Shown here in pieces: positions 55,751 to 64,000 of a stretch of 64,000 nucleotides of DNA. The notes under the pieces are model-generated. The model was given only the letters and a program-made list of their open reading frames with translations. It ran no database searches and had not been told where the DNA came from. Every line of letters begins with the position of its first letter. Position 1 is the first letter of the stretch. A program made the position numbers and the translations under genes. Origin of the DNA: a phage; assembly GCA_015370545.1 (NCBI GenBank), contig GCA_015370545.1_3932.1, one strand, 5' to 3'.

Positions 55751-56149
55751 ATGAAAACAGAATCTAGAGTAATTAATGGTAAGAAAGTAAATATCGTTCT
55801 GCTTGGGGCAAGAGATGGTATTAAGATGTCTATGAAGTTGGGTAAAATTGTTGTTCCAACCTTTGCACAGATGCTGTCAAGTCTGACTGATAAAGACAAG
55901 AAAGAAGCTCCAATGGTTCCATTTAAAGAACTTGTTGAAGCTTGTTTTGACAGAATTGAAGAAATTAACCTTGAAGAAATGGCTACCTTACTATTTCAAG
56001 GGGCGACTGTTGATGACTTCCCACTAAATATTGATACCTATTTCCAAGCAAACTACGGTGAATTTATTGACTACTTAGCATTTGCGCTGGAGGCAAACTT
56101 CGGAAGTTTTTTCGAAGCAAGCATTTTCAAAAGCCTAACTTCTCAGTAA
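55751..56149 (+). CDS. tail assembly chaperone (putative)
   Basis: 132-aa acidic protein upstream of tape measure. Confidence 0.45.
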   Translation: MKTESRVINGKKVNIVLLGARDGIKMSMKLGKIVVPTFAQMLSSLTDKDKKEAPMVPFKELVEACFDRIEEINLEEMATLLFQGATVDDFPLNIDTYFQANYGEFIDYLAFALEANFGSFFEASIFKSLTSQ

Positions 56150-56151
56150 AC

Positions 56152-56390
56152 ATGGGTAACACTCTACAGACACCACTAACTGATGCTGCTGTAGAGGCAA
56201 CCTATGAAGAAGCAGACGAGATGAAATTTGTGCTTGCTATTTATGGTATGGAAGGGTGTAAAGAAACACTTGACCAACTCTTTGCTATGACATTCTCTGA
56301 TTTATTATCATTGAGACAATTTCTTGAGATTCAGAGGTCGTATAAAGAGGAAATTGCTTACAACGAACTTAGAAGAGCAGGAAAAATGTA

Positions 56391-56391
<1 letters not shown>
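56152..56391 (+). CDS. tail assembly chaperone, second ORF (putative)
   Basis: 79-aa ORF between chaperone and tape measure. Confidence 0.4.
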
Positions 56392-61775
<5,384 letters not shown>

Positions 61776-61776
<1 letters not shown>

Positions 61777-63245
61777 TGGCAGGATTAACTACAACAGGAT
61801 TACAAACTCTAAGATATCAGGAAATTTTTGATAATATCAAATCAAGACTTCTTAGAGATATTTCACCAAACCTTGACGTTTCTGAAGATAGCCAATTAGG
61901 TCTCTTCCTAGCTTCAATTGCAAGGTCTTTAGCAGATACACATGAGATTCTATCAGAAATCTATGACGGCGGGACAATTGACAAGGCTGAAGGGTTTAAC
62001 CTTGATGATATTACAGCTTTGAATGCTGTATACAGATATGTTGCTCAGGCAACAAGAGGTCAAGTAGAGTTTACTGGAACTACTGGTGCTACCATTCCTT
62101 CAACAACAAGATTAAGAAGTACTGCCGGAAACATCTTTTATCCAGTTAATAACATTACCCTTACTCCATCATATTGTGTTGAAGCTACACTTGAAGTTAA
62201 CTCTTTACGAACTGATGCAGATTATGTTATTATTATTGATAACGTCATTTTCTCATATAAACCAACCTCATTAGACACAATCACTACGCTGCTAACAAAA
62301 TTAGCAGAAGCTATTAATGGTGGTATTGTAGCAAAAGCAGAAGTCATTAATGATGGAGCCGCATTAAGAGTCTATAAAGACGAAGGTGATATCATTGCAA
62401 GAACAAACCCTATGGTTGTCACTGCAACAACGTTTCTGACCTTTACAAAGATTACAACTATTTCAGATGTAGTAGCTGAAGAGGTTGGTGCTACCCCTGC
62501 TTTGGCTGGTACGCTTATTGAGATTGAGACAACTGTTGATGGTCTTGACAGTATTTATAACAGGTATGACTTAACAACTGGTAGAAACGAAGAAACTGAC
62601 ACAGAACTTAGACAGAGATATTTAGAATCCTTAGCAGTTACTGGTGTAGGGACTTTGGATGCAATTGTGGCTGCTGTTAAAAGAGTTCAAGGTGTCTCAG
62701 ATGCTTCAGGTGTTGAAAATGATACTGAAGAGACAAACTCAGAAGGTCTTCCACCAAAGTCTTTTAAGATTGTTGTAGTTGGTGGTCAAAATGATAATGT
62801 TGCTCAAGCAATCTGGGATACAAAACCTGCTGGTATCAGGGCTTATGGCTCAATTTTTGGTACAGCCTATGATTTAGGTGGTCTGGCACATAATATCTAT
62901 TTTAGCAGACCAACACCAAAATACGCATTTGTTAAGGTGTCTTACTCATTATATGACGAAGAAAGTTTGACAATCCCTGAAGAAGATATCAGAGATAGTA
63001 TTGTGCAAGGTATTAACGCCTACGGAAGAACTCTTAAGGTTGGTAATGATGTTATCCCTAACAGAATTTATGGGTACATCTATGACGTAATCAAAGGTAT
63101 TGAGATTAATGAGGTGAAAGTAGCATTATCAAACAGCCAATCAGTTCCACCTAGTGACGGACAATATACTACAGCAAGAATTACTGTTGAAGGTGACCAA
63201 TATACTGTTTGGGAAAGTAGCCAGTATACCATCACTAAGGAGTAA
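61776..63245 (+). CDS. baseplate J-like protein (putative)
   Basis: 489 aa following the gp25-like gene. Confidence 0.45.
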
Positions 63246-63247
63246 TA

Positions 63248-64000
63248 ATGTTTGAAAAGATTGATAGTGTTTATTATAAAACACTTGATGAAAGGACTGT
63301 AACACAGTTTAAAGATAAATTTATCTATACAAGTATCTTGAAAGCAATCACTGATGAGCTACAAACACTAGAGGATGTTTGCTGGCAGATGCACACAGAG
63401 AGAAATATCAGGACGTCAGTAGGTCAACAACTTGATAATATTGGCTCACTGATTAAAGTTCCTAGACCTTTAGGTGCTGATGATGAAACATACAGAGCTA
63501 TGCTTTATATCCAAATCTTCCTAAGACGTTCTGATACTACTCCAACATTCTTGCAAAAAGCAATTATGACATTGTATGGTGCAACTTTCTCTCAGATTTT
63601 TGAGCATATCACTCCTAAGACTGGTGGTATCGTTATCCGTATTAATACTAGAAAAAGCGTTCTTGATGCTGCATATACACTGTCAAAGATTTCTGCAACA
63701 ACCACTGGTTCCGCTGTTATCTTAAGAGATGTTACTTTAAATGGGACCGCTTGGACACCTGTAGAGGTTGCTGATTCATCACTTGCTATTGTTGATGATA
63801 AAGAGAACTGGTTTGTAACTGATGCTAACAGAGGTCTGGTAACAAATAACACTGGTGGCTCTCTGGAGTCCAACTTAGTAGGTAGCCTTGCAGATGCTGG
63901 TGTTATTGATGGTTACTTTAAGGTTGACAGAACAGCAAACCCACAGAGCGATGATTATATGACTGTAGATAGGTCTAATAAGAGTGGTTATTTCATCGTT
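63248..64000 (+). CDS. tail/baseplate protein, partial (runs off window end)
   Basis: open frame from ATG 63248 to window end; not in supplied track because no stop in window. Confidence 0.4.
   Translation, partial: MFEKIDSVYYKTLDERTVTQFKDKFIYTSILKAITDELQTLEDVCWQMHTERNIRTSVGQQLDNIGSLIKVPRPLGADDETYRAMLYIQIFLRRSDTTPTFLQKAIMTLYGATFSQIFEHITPKTGGIVIRINTRKSVLDAAYTLSKISATTTGSAVILRDVTLNGTAWTPVEVADSSLAIVDDKENWFVTDANRGLVTNNTGGSLESNLVGSLADAGVIDGYFKVDRTANPQSDDYMTVDRSNKSGYFIV

Noticed and set aside
63592-63873. 93-aa minus-strand ORF near the window end
   Set aside because: Lies entirely antisense within the long plus-strand ORF that continues the structural operon.

Overview
This window is an AT-rich, densely packed segment of a lytic tailed-phage genome, with no integrase or host housekeeping genes. 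Gene content (class I plus class III ribonucleotide reductases, a Prs-like/NAMPT-like NAD pair, rIIA/rIIB-like genes, a T4-lysozyme-like endolysin, a very large tRNA array and a myophage-type head/tail module) is most consistent with a Felix O1-like (Ounavirinae) myophage. That attribution is from memory of gene content, not a database search. Layout: 1-28090 is plus-strand early/middle genes (nrdA, nrdB, nrdH-like, nrdD, nrdG, an HNH endonuclease, the NAD pair, rIIA/rIIB, an overlapping Rz/Rz1 spanin pair, a macro-domain protein, then 13 small ORFs each behind a conserved promoter/stem-loop/ribosome-binding cassette). 28153-29756 is a 1.6-kb ORF-free region saturated with short TGTTAAG-like direct repeats. 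29757-36985 is a minus-strand module containing the endolysin and a paralogous pair, one with tandem Ig-like domains. 37378-39246 encodes a protein whose C-terminal vWA domain closely resembles Ro60. 39412-44688 is an array of about 27 hand-folded tRNAs interspersed with tRNA-like fragments, repeated spacer motifs and embedded ORFs. 44911-64000 is the late module (terminase large subunit, portal, S49 protease/scaffold, major capsid, sheath/tube, tape measure, baseplate). The most interesting candidates for something undescribed are the Ro60-like protein beside tRNA-like elements, the promoter/stem-loop cassette array of small genes, and the iteron-like noncoding region. All coordinates and tRNA folds were derived by eye and need tool confirmation.
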